Shown here piece by piece: positions 38,110-50,019 of a stretch of DNA of 64,000 nucleotides. The notes under the pieces were generated by a model. The model searched no databases. It saw only the letters and a program-made list of their open reading frames with translations, and was not told the origin of the DNA. The stretch comes from Chiloscyllium plagiosum (Eukaryota). Made by a program: the position numbers and the translations under genes. The first letter of the stretch is position 1. Each line of letters starts with the position of its first letter. The stretch is taken from contig NC_057746.1 in NCBI RefSeq assembly GCF_004010195.1, positions 16,688,820 through 16,752,819 of the forward strand, read 5' to 3'.

Positions 38110-41100
38110 GTGAGGAATGGGGGTGTGACAGAGGGGTAGAGCCAAACTGGGAACTGGCCCATTAACCTTTGATCATGTTACCATCAGAATGGTTTATGGG
38201 GTACTTTTTTTCTGATTTCATGTCTAAACGTCAGTGAATCCACAGTTTAAATTATTTAGGTTAGTACGAGACTTAACCATAAGGCGAGAACAAAAAATCT
38301 TCATTTGCAAGATTTATTGAATTTCCAAAGGGAGAAAAGTAAAAATGTAGAATTGATAGTTTTTTCATGTGAAAGAAAGAAAAAATTGCGTTGAGAGTAA
38401 AACGTTAACGACGTCACATGATGAAGTGAATTGTGAAATTTCCTCCGTTCCCCAGCGCTGGGTAACAGATGGACAAAAGGCCTTCTTGAAAACTTCACCT
38501 TATATGATTAACTCTAGTTCATCATCTCAAATCAACCTAACTGTGGTCCACACATTGACTAACTTCTCTGTTTAATTATGATTGGTTACTGACACAGGAA
38601 ACTTTCCCAGGTTTGGGAACATTGTTTCCCATTCTAAAAGATGAAAGACTTCATCTAAACTTGTTTAAGAACTATAACCTGGTGTTCTGTGACTTTTAGC
38701 TAAAGTTGTTTAATATATCATTGCAACTCCATGACACTGTAACTCTTCTGCTAAAAATTCTGTGTCATATGGTCATGTTCCACAACCACCTTTCAACACT
38801 CCTCCAAGGACATGCAGGTCCTAGGCCACCTCCAACGACAAACCCTTACCACCCAACACCTGGAGGAAGAACACCACATTTTCTGCCTTGGGACCCTCGA
38901 ACCACACGGGATCAATGTGGATTTCACCAGTTTCCTCACTTTCTCTTCCACCCCACCCCCCCCACTCCCAGTCCCAAGCCTCCAACTGGGCACCACCCTC
39001 TTGACCAGTTAATCTTCCTTTCCACTATCTGCTCGACCCTACTCCCCGACCGGTCACCTTTACTCCCACCTTCATCTACCTACCACAGTTCCAGCTACTG
39101 TCCCACCAGGCTCACCCCTCTCCAATTTATTTCTCAGCCCCCCCCCCCCCCCCTCCCTCGGCCATTATCTTAATTCCTGATGAAGAGCTTGTGTGCAAAA
39201 CATTAATTCTCCTGTTTCTCAAATGCTTCCAGACCTACTGTGCTTTTCCAGCACCATGCTCTCGATTACTATGCTTGTGTCAGAAGGCTGTTTGTAATAA
39301 GTTACCAGTGTGAGAAATTGAGAGCCACTGATGAAACATGACATCTCTGACAAGGCATGGATGGCGCTGGGAGTTGACCTCATCTCTCTCACTCTGTCTC
39401 TCTGGAACTGAACATTTTCATCACTGTAGATGAACTAATCTTCTGTCTATAAGGTGGTGGACCATCTGACTGACTGCTCAGATTGTAGAATGTCTGTTTT
39501 TTTTTATGTAAGCAGTGTATCCATTACTACATTTTCAACATTTTGATGAACAAAATGGCAGAGTGAGGTGGTGAGTGAGATATCCAAGCTGCTTCAGAGA
39601 GGATTGTGAAATTGAACACCACACCAGAGTTCATCAAAATGAAAAGCTGAGCTGGAAATCAAAATTGCTAAAGGAATGAGAGACAAACTGAGCAAATCCA
39701 GTGGAGAAACAGATCCACTGAAGGCATGGTGAGTCATGCTCTTTCCAAACTGCTCTTCCACTGGCAAACCCAATCAAAGTGTTTTTAACTTCATTCATGG
39801 AAAAGTGGGAGTCACTGGCTGGGCCAGAATTTATTACCAATCCCTAATTTTTAAGAGACAGCCCCATTGCTGTGTGTCTACACTCACGTCCAAGCCAGGC
39901 CATGTAGGGATGGCAGTTTCATTTAGGAAAAGGACTCTAATGAATCAGATGCCCTTTTCCAGGGAATTGACATGATTTCATGTTTCAGACTCCTAATTCC
40001 AGAAAACTATTGAATTCAGATTCCATCAACTGCCTTTGCAAGATTTGAACCAAGGTCCCTGGAACCTTACCTGATTATTACTCCAGTGATGATACCACTC
40101 GGTCATCCCCTCCCTGTGAACACAGATACACCATTGCCAATCACAGTGCATACACACACACTGGAGTAACTGTTCTTTCACAGCAGCTGGCTGTGAAAGA
40201 TGGGAACAGAACCTGCACAGGCCACAAATCAACCATCAGATCCCAAGGTCCACCAAACCCTAGCATTGGAAATGGAACATAAGTGAAACCAGAAGTGACA
40301 TTGGAACAACTCTCCCAGGAGAAACAGCATAATCCAGAACAGCCAACAATGAAGAACGGCACAATTTAAGACTGTAAACTATTCATGTGCAGGGACTGAC
40401 ATGAATCTTGAACTGCTGTTGTATGAAGTCATGTGTCCATTATGGTTAATCTGGATAACTCGCAATGTGAGCAATAATCTAGGCAATTCCTTTATCTGCT
40501 GCCCTTGTCCTTCTGGATTGACATGATCATAGATTTGGAAGGTGCTGTTTTCAGGAGCACATTCCAAAACCTGCCTGAAAGTTTGAGTCTCAACCCCTGC
40601 TTTGGACGGATCTGGAATTCACTTGGAAAGCAAACAGTTCCTCTGTCTTCAAACATGGTGTGAAGCTGCCATCATAGCTTGCTGCTGTGGGGCAATTTAA
40701 GGCAGAAGCTGCAATAAAATGATTGACTTATAGAATACAGCAACAACATGGCTGAAGGAAGAATTCAGCTAAAGAAGCAGGGTTACTATAGGACATCCTT
40801 GCAGTAATTAGTTGTCTCAGCAGAAGCAGGATAACACACAACTGATCATGTCAAAAGCTTTCTCTCCACTTATGCTGCCAGACCTACTGAGTTTCTCTAG
40901 CTGTTTCTGTTTTCATTTCAGATAGAGCCTATGATATCTGGTAGACCATGAACAGCTACAGTGGTTATATAACAAAGCAGATAAGGTAAGGCCTTGATGA
41001 CTGCTGAAATGAAACATTTTGCTGGAAAGCAGGCCTCCGGTCCCATATCTGAAACTTGGTCACTTCTGTTTATTAGCAAGAAGTCTTTCCAAGCAGAGCA

Positions 41101-42882
41101 TGTGACTATGGCCCTGATCACCTGGTCACGTGATGTGGGGCCCCTTAACTGATTGGATAATAGCTTTTGAAATGTATTAAATAACTATTTAATCTGTAAG
41201 ATTTCCTTTGTTCAGTGGACAAGTATCAGAACTGTCCCAGAGACTTGCTCCCTGCTGATGAAATAATAAACTCTGATAACTGAAGCAGACCTTGGGTATC
41301 ATGTGATCCTCATAGTCATTCTGTCCCTTCACTGCCATCTCCCAACTTGGAAAGAACTCTTCAAATCCGTGGCTCTAGCCCCTTGGTCGCTGACCTTCAG
41401 GTAACCTGAGGAGAGCACACACAAATGTTGGTGGAAAGGGTCAACAAGTGGCTGATGAGATTTAACGTGAACAATGCAGAGATATACATTTTGGAAGGAA
41501 AAACCTGGAAAGACAAAATAAAGAGTGAAGCTCTAAATCAGGAATAAGGGACAGAGAGTCCAGCAGTTATAAAAGTAAAAATCATAGAATGTGGATGGGC
41601 AGGTTCAGACGATGGGATCCTGGGCTTTATAAATACAGGTATAGTGTGTGAAGAGAGCTCTCTCTCAGCGTTCAGTTAGAGTGATGGGTGTTTAGGGATT
41701 CATGTACTGATTTCTTTTTGTGTTTCAGACACTCACTCTCTCCGGTATTTTGTCACTGGTATGACTCCGATTCCTGGTTTCCCAGAGTTTGTGATTGTTG
41801 GTTATGTGGATGGGGTCCAGTTTGTTATGTACAACAGCAATTGGAAGGGGTTGATTGCCCGGAAGCAGTGGATGGTGGATAGTGAAGGACCAAAGGCCTG
41901 GAACCGGAAACTATTGCTTGCTCAGGAGCAAGAAGACATTGTCAGACGCAATATTCCAAGATTTATGACACGGACCAACCAGACAGGAGGTGAGTGCTCA
42001 CCGTCCCACAGCATGACATCTTTCTGTGCGTTTGGGGAGTATGGGTGGGAATGGGAGAAATTAGGAGTGAATCTGAGTTCCAGAGACTGACTGGCTGTGG
42101 GAATGGTTGGAGGGGACACCAACTGTCTCTGTCTCTGATCAGCAACTTGTGTTTCTGATTGACAGGGATCCACATTTACCAGATGATGACTGGCTGTGAC
42201 CTGAGGGATAATGGGACTGTAAGTGGGTTCACTCTCAGAGGATGGGATGGACAAGATTTGATCAGCTTCGATAAGGATCACATGGTGTGGGTGACCCCAG
42301 TCCACTGGGCGGAAAGCATCAAAAACAGGAAGGACCAGGATGTGGTGTCTAACCATCTATGGAAGCATTTTCTGGAGGTGGAGTGCATTGAATGGCTGAG
42401 GAAATGCCTGGAGTACGGACAGAGGGAACTGAGAGTCGGTGAGGGAGTGAGAGTTGTTGTGGTGAATGATGTCTGGGCTTTTCTCTCTCTGCGTTCCTGA
42501 ACTGATTCTTCTTCCTCTTCCCCTCTCCCTCAGTTGCCCCGATCGTGTCCGTTACCCGTCTGGGTGATTTTAACTGGCTGGTCTGTCTTGTCACTGGGTT
42601 TTACCGACAAGCCATCGAGGTGACTCTATGGAGGGATGGAGTGTTGATCGATGAGCCCCTGTCCACCGGGATCTTGCCCAATCACGACAGGACCTATCAG
42701 ATCCGGAAATGGATAGAGTTTGATCCAGAGGACCAGGCCGAGTATTCCTGTCAGGTGGAGCACAGCGGATTGGAGGAGAAGCTGGTGGTGATTTATGGTA
42801 AGACTCATTCTCACTGTTAGAGAGGAACCAGGATCACAAGAGAGAGAGGACCAGCTGAGCTGCTTCAGCAGGACGCTCCAGG

Positions 42883-42918
<36 letters not shown>

Positions 42919-45900
42919 AAGTTGATACGAACTGTCAGTGTATCATAGTGCTCACATCAATTGTACAGGACAGTAATCAAGGCAGTGAATCAGGGAAACT
43001 ACAGTAGGGTGTCACCCAGTGTATCCTGGTGTGTAACACTACCCCAGCATCTTAATGTCCAGGAACATTCAGGATTAAAGAATACTACCAGCTCCTGCAA
43101 GTTCCCCTCCAAGCTACTCGCCATCCTGACTTGGAAAAACATTGTGGGGCCATCTACAGCACATGAGCTGTATTGGTTCAAGAAGGCAGCTCACCACCAC
43201 CTTCTGTAGAGCAACTACTAGGGAATGACTGTAAATACTGGCCCAACTAGTCACAACCATATCCCTATGATTAAAAATGAAAAACAGATCCAGAGTTATT
43301 TTGCTTTGAGACAGTTCAGTGAATTCAGGGATAGTAATGTCCGACAGTACCCATATATTCTGAGACTATTGCAGCAACCAGTGTATCCTCGAATTATAGC
43401 CCAGTGTATTTAACATTTGTTTCTCAATGATCTTTTTTATCTAACTCAATGTAACGATGAATAGTCAGCATGAATTTTGAGGGAGAATATTGTGTTTGAC
43501 CAACTCCATTGAATATTTTTGAAGAGACAGTATATTCCTGTTAGGCTGGTAGGTGTAGGGAATGCTGGATGACTGGAGAAATTGAGGTTTAGGTTAAGAA
43601 AAAGAAGGAAGCATATGTCCAGTATGAACAGGAGAGATCGTGTGAATCCTTACACGAGAGGCTGTAGGAGTCATCTGGATTAAAGTGGTGCTGGAAAAGC
43701 ACAGCAGGTCAGGCAGCATCTGAGGAGCAGGAAAATTGACATATTGGGCAAAAGCACTTCAGGGCTTTGCTTTTACCCGAAACGTTGATTTTCCTGCTCC
43801 TCAGATGCTTACTGACCTGCTGTGCTTTTCCAGCACCACTCTAATCTAGACTCTGATTTCCAGCATCCGCAGTCCTCACTTTTGCCTATAAAGGCTGTAG
43901 GAGTATACTTAAGAGGGAAATCAAGAGGGCAAAAAGAGGACATGAGATAGCTTTGGCAAATAGGGTTAAGGAGAATCCAAAGGGTTTTTATAAATACATT
44001 AAGCATAAAAGGGTAACTTGAGAGGGAATAGGGCTCCTCAAAGATCAGCAAGGGAGCCTTTGTGTGGAGCCGCAGGAGATGGGGGAGATATTAAATGCGT
44101 CAGTGTTTACTATGTGGAAGATATAGAATGTGGGGAAATAGATGGTGACATTTTGAAAAATGTCTATGTTACAGAGGAGGTGGTGCTGGATGTCTTGAAA
44201 TGAATAATAGGTGGATAAATTCCCAGGACCTGATCAGGTGTACCCTAGAACTCTGTGAGAAGTTAGGGAAGTGATCATTGGACCCCTTGCTGAGATATTT
44301 GTATCATCAATAGTCACGGGGAGGTGCTGGAAGACTGAAGGCTGGCTAACATGGTGCCACTATTTAAGAAATGTGGTAAGGAAATGCCAGGGAACTATAG
44401 ACCAGTTAATCTGACATTAGTGGTGGGTAAGTTGTTGGAGGGAATCCTGATGGACAGGACTTACTTGTATTTGGAAAGGCAAGGACCGATTAGGGATAGT
44501 CAGCATGGCTTTGTGTGTAGGAACACATATCTCACAAACTTGATAGTTTTTTTGAAGAAGTAACACAGAGGATTAGGGCTGTTATACATTTAATGGTAAG
44601 TCTCTGGGGAATGTTGCTGAACAAAGAGACCTTGGAAAGGAAGTTTATGACCTTGATAGGAGAGTCACAGGTAGATAGGATAGTGAAGAAGGCATTTGGT
44701 TTGCTTTCCTTTATTGGTCAGAGCATTGAGTACAGGAGTTGGGAGGTCATGTTGTGACCATACAGGACATTGGCTAGGCCACTTTTGGAATATTGTAGGC
44801 AATTCTGGTCTCCTCATATAGGAAGGATGTTGTTGCGAAACTTTGTAGGGTTCAGAAAAGATTAACAAGGACATTGCCATGGTTGAAGGATTTGAGCTGT
44901 AGGGAGAGGCTGAATAGGCTTGGGCTGTTTTCCCCAGAGCTTCAGAGGCGGAGGGGTGACCTTATAGAGGTTTATAAGATCATAAGTGGCATGGATAGGA
45001 TAAGTAGACAAGATTTGTACTTGGGTGTGGTTGAGTCCAGAAGTAGAGGGCATAGGTTTATGGTAATAGGGGAAAGATATAAAAAGGACCTAAAGGGCAA
45101 CTTTTTTTCACACAGGGTGGTGCATGTATGGAATGAGCTGCCAGAGGAAGTGATGAAGGCTGTTACAATTGCAGCATTTAAAAGGCATCTTGATGGATAT
45201 TTGAATCGGAAGGGTCTAGAGGGATATGGGCCAAGTGCTGGCAAATGAGGCTGGATTATGTTGCGATATCTGGTCAGCACGGACGAGTTGGACTGAAGGG
45301 TCTCTTTCCATGCTGTACATCTCTATGACTGTAGGTAACAGGGTTCACAGTGGTAATGTTGTAGATGTACTCTTGAAGGCTTTAAAAGGCCTTTGATCAG
45401 GTACCCCCATAATAAAAACATTTAGAGAATGTGGAGTCAGCTAAAATGGATTGTTAACTAGTTTGCAGACAGGAAAGAGATTGGGAATAAGGTTTATTTA
45501 GTCAGTGTCAGAATGATGGAAGTGATGTTCTGCAAGGAAACATTGCCATTCACAGTTTACAATATTGATTTGGACTTTGAAATTATGGAATCACATGGAA
45601 GTCTCTTTAGCCCATCATGCCCTGACTGTCTCTCTGAGCATTACCACTCAGTGCTATTCTCCTGCCTTCTCCCCATCACCCTGAATATGGTTTTATTTAA
45701 ATGGAATTTTAGAATTTAAATTATTATATACCCCGGCACCAAGCAGTCCAGAGAACAAGACAGGAATCCCAGGTAGTCCCAAGGGGGAGAGAGATATTTC
45801 GAGATATTCTAACAAAGAGCAGAGATGAGCTTTAGACAATCCTGTGTGATAGGAGGCAGGAGATCCAAAATCCCAACATGAGGAGCCTGATGCACGAGAC

Positions 45901-48900
45901 AGCCAGGTTGAGTCTACTACATCTCATCAGGCAGTGATTCTGGTGATCAAAAACAGTTATTTCCAAATTGGGGGTAGTCTGTATTCAGGAAGACAGCAGC
46001 AAGTTACAGAAAGGCATTAACAAACCTTCAAACTGAACAAATGATTGGTAAGTGAAGTAGAGGAACAAAACAATCTCAGAGAAAAAACACCCAATTACTG
46101 AATGTTGTGCACAGATTAGAGTCCTACAGCACGGACACAGGCCCTTTGGCTGAAACTGGTCCGTGCCAATCAAAATATTCATCACCACTACCCCCATTTC
46201 CCTTCACTTGACCCATATCCTTCTAAGTTGAAACTTTATTGCTGGAACAGCACAGCAGGTCAGGCAGCATCCAGGGAACAGGAGATTCGACGTTTCGGGC
46301 ACAGGCCCTTCTTCAGGAGGGCCTGTGCCCGAAACGTCGAATCTCCTGTACCCTGGATGCTGCCTAACCTGCTGTGCTGTTCCAGCAATAAAGTTTCAAC
46401 TTTGATCTCCAGCATCTGCAGACCTCACTTTCTCCCCATATCCTTCTAAACCTTTCCCTGTCCATGTATTTGTCCAAATGCCTTTTACACGGTGGTAATG
46501 TACCACCCTCTGCGAAAACATTGTCCCTCAGCTTCCCTTTTATTCTTTCCCCTGCAACCTTAAACTGATGCCCTGTAGCCTTTGATTCCCCAACCCTATT
46601 AAAGCGACTGAGTGCATTCACCTTATCCATGCCTCTAGTGATCTTATACGTTTCTGTAAGATCCTCCCCCACCTTCATTTCCTACACTCTAAAGAAAAAA
46701 GTCCTAGTTTGCCCAACTTCTCCTTCTAACTTAGTCCCTTGTGTCTTGGCAACTGCCTTGTAAATTTCTTCTGCACGCTTTCCAGTTTAATAACATCCTT
46801 CCTATTAGCAAAGTGACCAAAACCACAATACTGCAAGTGCAGCCTCACCAATGTTCTGTACCACTGCAATATAACTTCCCAACTTCTATACTCAATGCCC
46901 TGACTGATGAAGGCTGATGTGCCAAAAGCTGCCTTCAATGTCCTGTCTACTTGTGACTCTACTTTCAGAGAACCATGCAACTGAACTCCAAGGTCCCTCT
47001 GTTCCACTACATTCCTTAATGCACTACCATTCACCATGAAACTCGTGCTTTGATTTGAGTTTCCAAAATGAAGACCTCGCATGTATCTGCATTAAACTCC
47101 ATTTGCCATTTCTCTGCTCATTTCCCCAGCTGATCAAGGACCTGCTGCAATTTCTGATCACCTTCCTCGCTGTATTTGATACTGCCTATTTCAGTATCAT
47201 CTGCAAACTTACTAACCATGCCTTGTACATTCTCATCCAAATCGTTGATATAGATAACAAACAGCAATGGGCCCAGCACCAATCCACTGATTCTTGTGGC
47301 ACTCCAATGGTCACAGGCCTCCAGTCTGACAAGCATCCTTCCGTTATTACCTGCTACTTTCTAACAAATGTGTATTCAATTTGCCAGCTCCCCCTGGATT
47401 CCATTCAATCTAACCTTCAGAGCAGCCTACCATGAGGAATCTTAGCAAAGGCCTTACTGAAATCCATATACTGCCCTGCCCTCATCAACCTTCCCGGTCA
47501 CTTTATCAAAGAACTATAACAAATTTGTGAGGCATGATCTCCCATTCACACAGTCATGCTGAGTATTCCTAATCAAACTGTCTTTCCAAATGCATATAAT
47601 ATCTTATCTCAGAATCTTCTCAAGTAACTTACCTACCACAGATGTTCGGCTGACTGGTCTATCGTTCCCAGGATTTTCTTTGCAGCCCGCATAACCTTCA
47701 CTACTGTCCATAACTTCCATGACCTCACCCCGTGGATAACAATTAGAAAGGGCATTTTTTTATGAACAACCTGAGGATAGGCTTTAATTTTTAGAGGAGA
47801 TTTAGCATATGCCACCTCACCTTCAATTCTACCTTGAAGTTTGGTTAGACCACATATTGAGAACTGCAGACAGTTCCGGTCACCATGTGATATAAAGGAT
47901 ATTGAGGCACTGGAGAGAGTGCTGAGAAGATTTACAATGTCAATATCAGAAACGTGTGAGTGTATGTATCAGGAAAGGATTGAGAGGCTTGATGTCTTCT
48001 CTCTTGAATGATGGAGCCTGAATAGAGATCTTTAAAATGATGAATCATTTTGAAAGAGTGGGTGCAGAGAGAATGTTTGTGGAAGGGCACAACTAGGGAC
48101 TATCAACACAAGGCAGTCACCAAATATTCCGCATGGGATTGCAGAGAAGCTTTGACAGTCGGACCATGAGGAGAATGTGAATCTTGCTGCTGAAGGGAGT
48201 GAGATTGTCAAGATATATTTAGAGGGAAATTAGAAAGGAATCAGGAGTGATGGTGATAGATATAAATGAGAAAGGAATGTGGAGCTTCAAGAGACTAAAT
48301 ACAGGTGTATGTTGATTGGACCAAATGGGTTCAGTGTGTGCCTTTTATTTTCTTCTTTCTCTCTCTTCATGCCTCACTCGGCTCTCTGTCTCTCTGTGAC
48401 AGACCCAAAGTCTCATGCCCAGGTTCCTGTTCCTATTGGGATTGTATTCGGAGTCCTCTGGATCATCTCTCTCTCTGTTGTGGCTGTCACCATTTACAAG
48501 AAGAAAGGTTGGAGGTTTTGAGAAAATGGCAGCTCCTCACGGTTGGGGGTTTCAGGGAATTGGAAATGATCCCAGCGATGAAGAGCTTGTTATATGATGA
48601 GCTGTTGAGGACTCTGCGTGCGTACTGGATGGAGTTGAAAATGTTGAGAGCAAATCTCATGAAAAGTATACATTACTGAGAGGAGTGGATGTGGAGAAGA
48701 TGTAGGAGACACGAGGACCCAAGGGAACAGCCTCCGTGTGACGGGATGACCTTTTAGAACTGAGGAGGAATTTCCTCAGTGGTGACTCTGTGGAACCCAT
48801 TGCTGCAGAAGGTTGTGGAGGCCAAGACATTGAGTGTCTTTAAGACAGAGATAGGTTCTTGATTGGTAAACGGCTCAAGGTTACAGTGAGAAGGCAGGAG

Positions 48901-50019
48901 AATGAGGTTGAGAAATATATCAACCACAGTGGGCTGAATGGCCTAATTCTGCTCTATATCTTATAGTCTCCAGTTGATAGTTTTGGTTCAGAGGTGGGCA
49001 AGGAACGTCTGTGTTTGGGTGTCAGTCTCAGGGTTAGTGATAGCTCAGGCAGTGGGGAGAGGGCATTAGTTTGTGAAGGAGGGTCTAAGCGTCCCTTCGT
49101 ATGGAGATTGTTCCCTTGGATCCTACTCTAACTTGTTCCTCAGGTTAGGCTGGAGTGTCTCAGGGGTTGGAGTCTCACGTTGTGAGTGTGAGGTCAGACA
49201 GTTCAGATTGGGGCTGGGTCTCAGTTCACTGTTGGGCATAAACAGCTCAGGGCAATGTGGGTAGGAGAGGCTGAGTCTGGATGGGAGTGAGGGTCTTCAG
49301 CATTTCCTCTGACGTTCTGACACTGACTGAACATTCCTTGTTTTACAGGGGGAATGAAAAATGACTACAATCCAACAAACAGTAAGCTGATAATTCAGAC
49401 ATCTCAGCGTCTGTGTTAGTGTATGACAAGCTGTTCTTTCTGTTTCACACAAAGAACCACAAACGCAGAGATCTGAAACAGAAAAAAGCAGAAATTGCTG
49501 GAGAAACTCAGTAGGTTTGGCAGCAGCTGTGGAGAGAAAAACACAGTTAACATTGAGTCCAGTGACTTTTTGTTCTGGGAGTTCTGTTGTGTGAGTGTGT
49601 GGCAGTGGAGTGGGTGGGGGTCGGGGTCACTGGATCTAAAGCATTACTTCTGCTTCCTCTCTCTCCACAGATGCAGGCAGACATGCTGAGATTCTCCAGC
49701 AATTTTTTTGTTCTGTCTGGTCTAGACTGGTCTATCTGTCTTTCGTTCTCCTGTTGGTCTCATGTGCTCTCTCTCTCTCTCATACACTCTTTCTTTCTTT
49801 TACATCTGTGGGTCATTTTTGCTCTCACTCCTGTTCCGCTCTCTCTCATTTCTTTTGCTTACGCTTCCTCTCTTGCATTTTTCTCTATAACGCCCTTTCT
49901 CTCACACTCATGTTTCTCACTCTCTCTTTCGCTCTGATAATGAGCAGTTTCTAATGCCTCTCTTTCCGTTAACAGCTTCTGATAAAAGGACATCCTCAGA
50001 CAGTTCTGTCATTTCCTGA
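38061..50019 (+). CDS. Non-classical MHC class I heavy chain, join(38061-38109,41729-41989,42166-42438,42534-42797,48403-48507,49349-49381,49976-50019), 342 aa
   Basis: All six introns GT-AG and phase 1; spliced length 1029 nt, open to TGA at 50017-50019; leader, alpha1, alpha2, alpha3, TM and two cytoplasmic exons. Tentatively resembles the elasmobranch UBA lineage from memory (MTPIPG, GWDG, WVTPV), not verified. Confidence 0.93.
38740..39270 (+). mobile_element. Penelope-like 3' fragment in MHC intron 1
   Basis: LEEEHHIFCLGTLEPHGINVDF GIY-YIG C-terminus, C-rich tract, decayed CTGATGAAG...AAAC motif. Confidence 0.8.
40960..41331 (+). mobile_element. Possible solo LTR in MHC intron 1
   Basis: Ordered CTGATTGG, TATTTAA, AATAAA and a CA end, but no clear TSD. 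Confidence 0.35.
41729..41989 (+). CDS. MHC class I exon 2 (alpha1)
   Basis: DTHSLRYF..PEFVIVGYVDG..W..EGP..W..NQT glycosylation site; TTTCAG acceptor, G|GTGAGT donor. Confidence 0.96.
42166..42438 (+). CDS. MHC class I exon 3 (alpha2)
   Basis: GIHIYQMMTGC..WDGQD..W..ECIEWL, C101/C164 pair; GACAG acceptor, G|GTGAGG donor. Confidence 0.96.
42534..42797 (+). CDS. MHC class I exon 4 (alpha3, Ig C1 domain)
   Basis: LVCLVTGFY..W.RDG..LPNHD.TYQ..YSCQVEHSGL; CCTCAG acceptor, G|GTAAGA donor. Confidence 0.96.
42885..42914 (+). repeat. (AG)n microsatellite
   Basis: About 15 uninterrupted AG units. Confidence 0.95.
43530..45335 (+). mobile_element. CR1 LINE, internally deleted, in MHC intron 4
   Basis: VPLFKK..PGNYRPVNLT..SQHGF, RRRGDLIEVYKI, RVVHVWNELP, CTATGACT tail. 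Confidence 0.9.
43672..43891 (+). mobile_element. Penelope-derived hairpin mini-element
   Basis: Inverted arms plus constant tail; 13-bp TSD AGGCTGTAGGAGT (43659-43671, 43892-43904). Confidence 0.85.
46115..47690 (-). mobile_element. CR1 LINE RT/3' part in MHC intron 4
   Basis: [37 protein letters not shown]. Confidence 0.9.
46227..46434 (+). mobile_element. Penelope-derived hairpin mini-element
   Basis: Near-perfect ~175-nt palindrome (46226-46401) plus tail; 15-bp TSD CCCATATCCTTCTAA (46212-46226, 46435-46449); intact hammerhead core on the minus strand (46316 to 46289). Confidence 0.9.
48403..48507 (+). CDS. MHC class I exon 5 (connecting peptide and transmembrane)
   Basis: DPKSHAQVPVPIGIVFGVLWIISLSVVAVTIYKKK; long pyrimidine tract and GACAG acceptor; phase 1/1. 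Confidence 0.9.
48560..48970 (+). mobile_element. Old CR1 3' end in MHC intron 5 (similar relics at ~47800-48340 and ~50560-51040)
   Basis: Decayed ORF2 C-terminus and GGGCTGAATGGCCTAATTCTGCTC 3'UTR. Confidence 0.7.
49349..49381 (+). CDS. MHC class I exon 6 (cytoplasmic, GGMKNDYNPTN)
   Basis: 33-nt phase 1/1 exon, TTACAG acceptor, A|GTAAGC donor, conserved class I cytoplasmic Tyr. Confidence 0.85.
49976..50019 (+). CDS. MHC class I exon 7 (cytoplasmic, TSDKRTSSDSSVIS*)
   Basis: AACAG acceptor; SD..SDSS like the class I SDxS motif; TGA followed after 1 nt by a G|GTATGA donor, so a further 3'UTR exon is likely. Confidence 0.82.

Noticed and set aside
42687-42693. alpha3 DGTY changed to DRTY as a damaging change
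   Set aside because: Arg at position 239 also occurs in functional HLA-B molecules
41922-42814. Minus-strand ORFs over the MHC exons (and 16863-17138 over the receptor)
   Set aside because: Antisense shadows of real coding exons with no independent features
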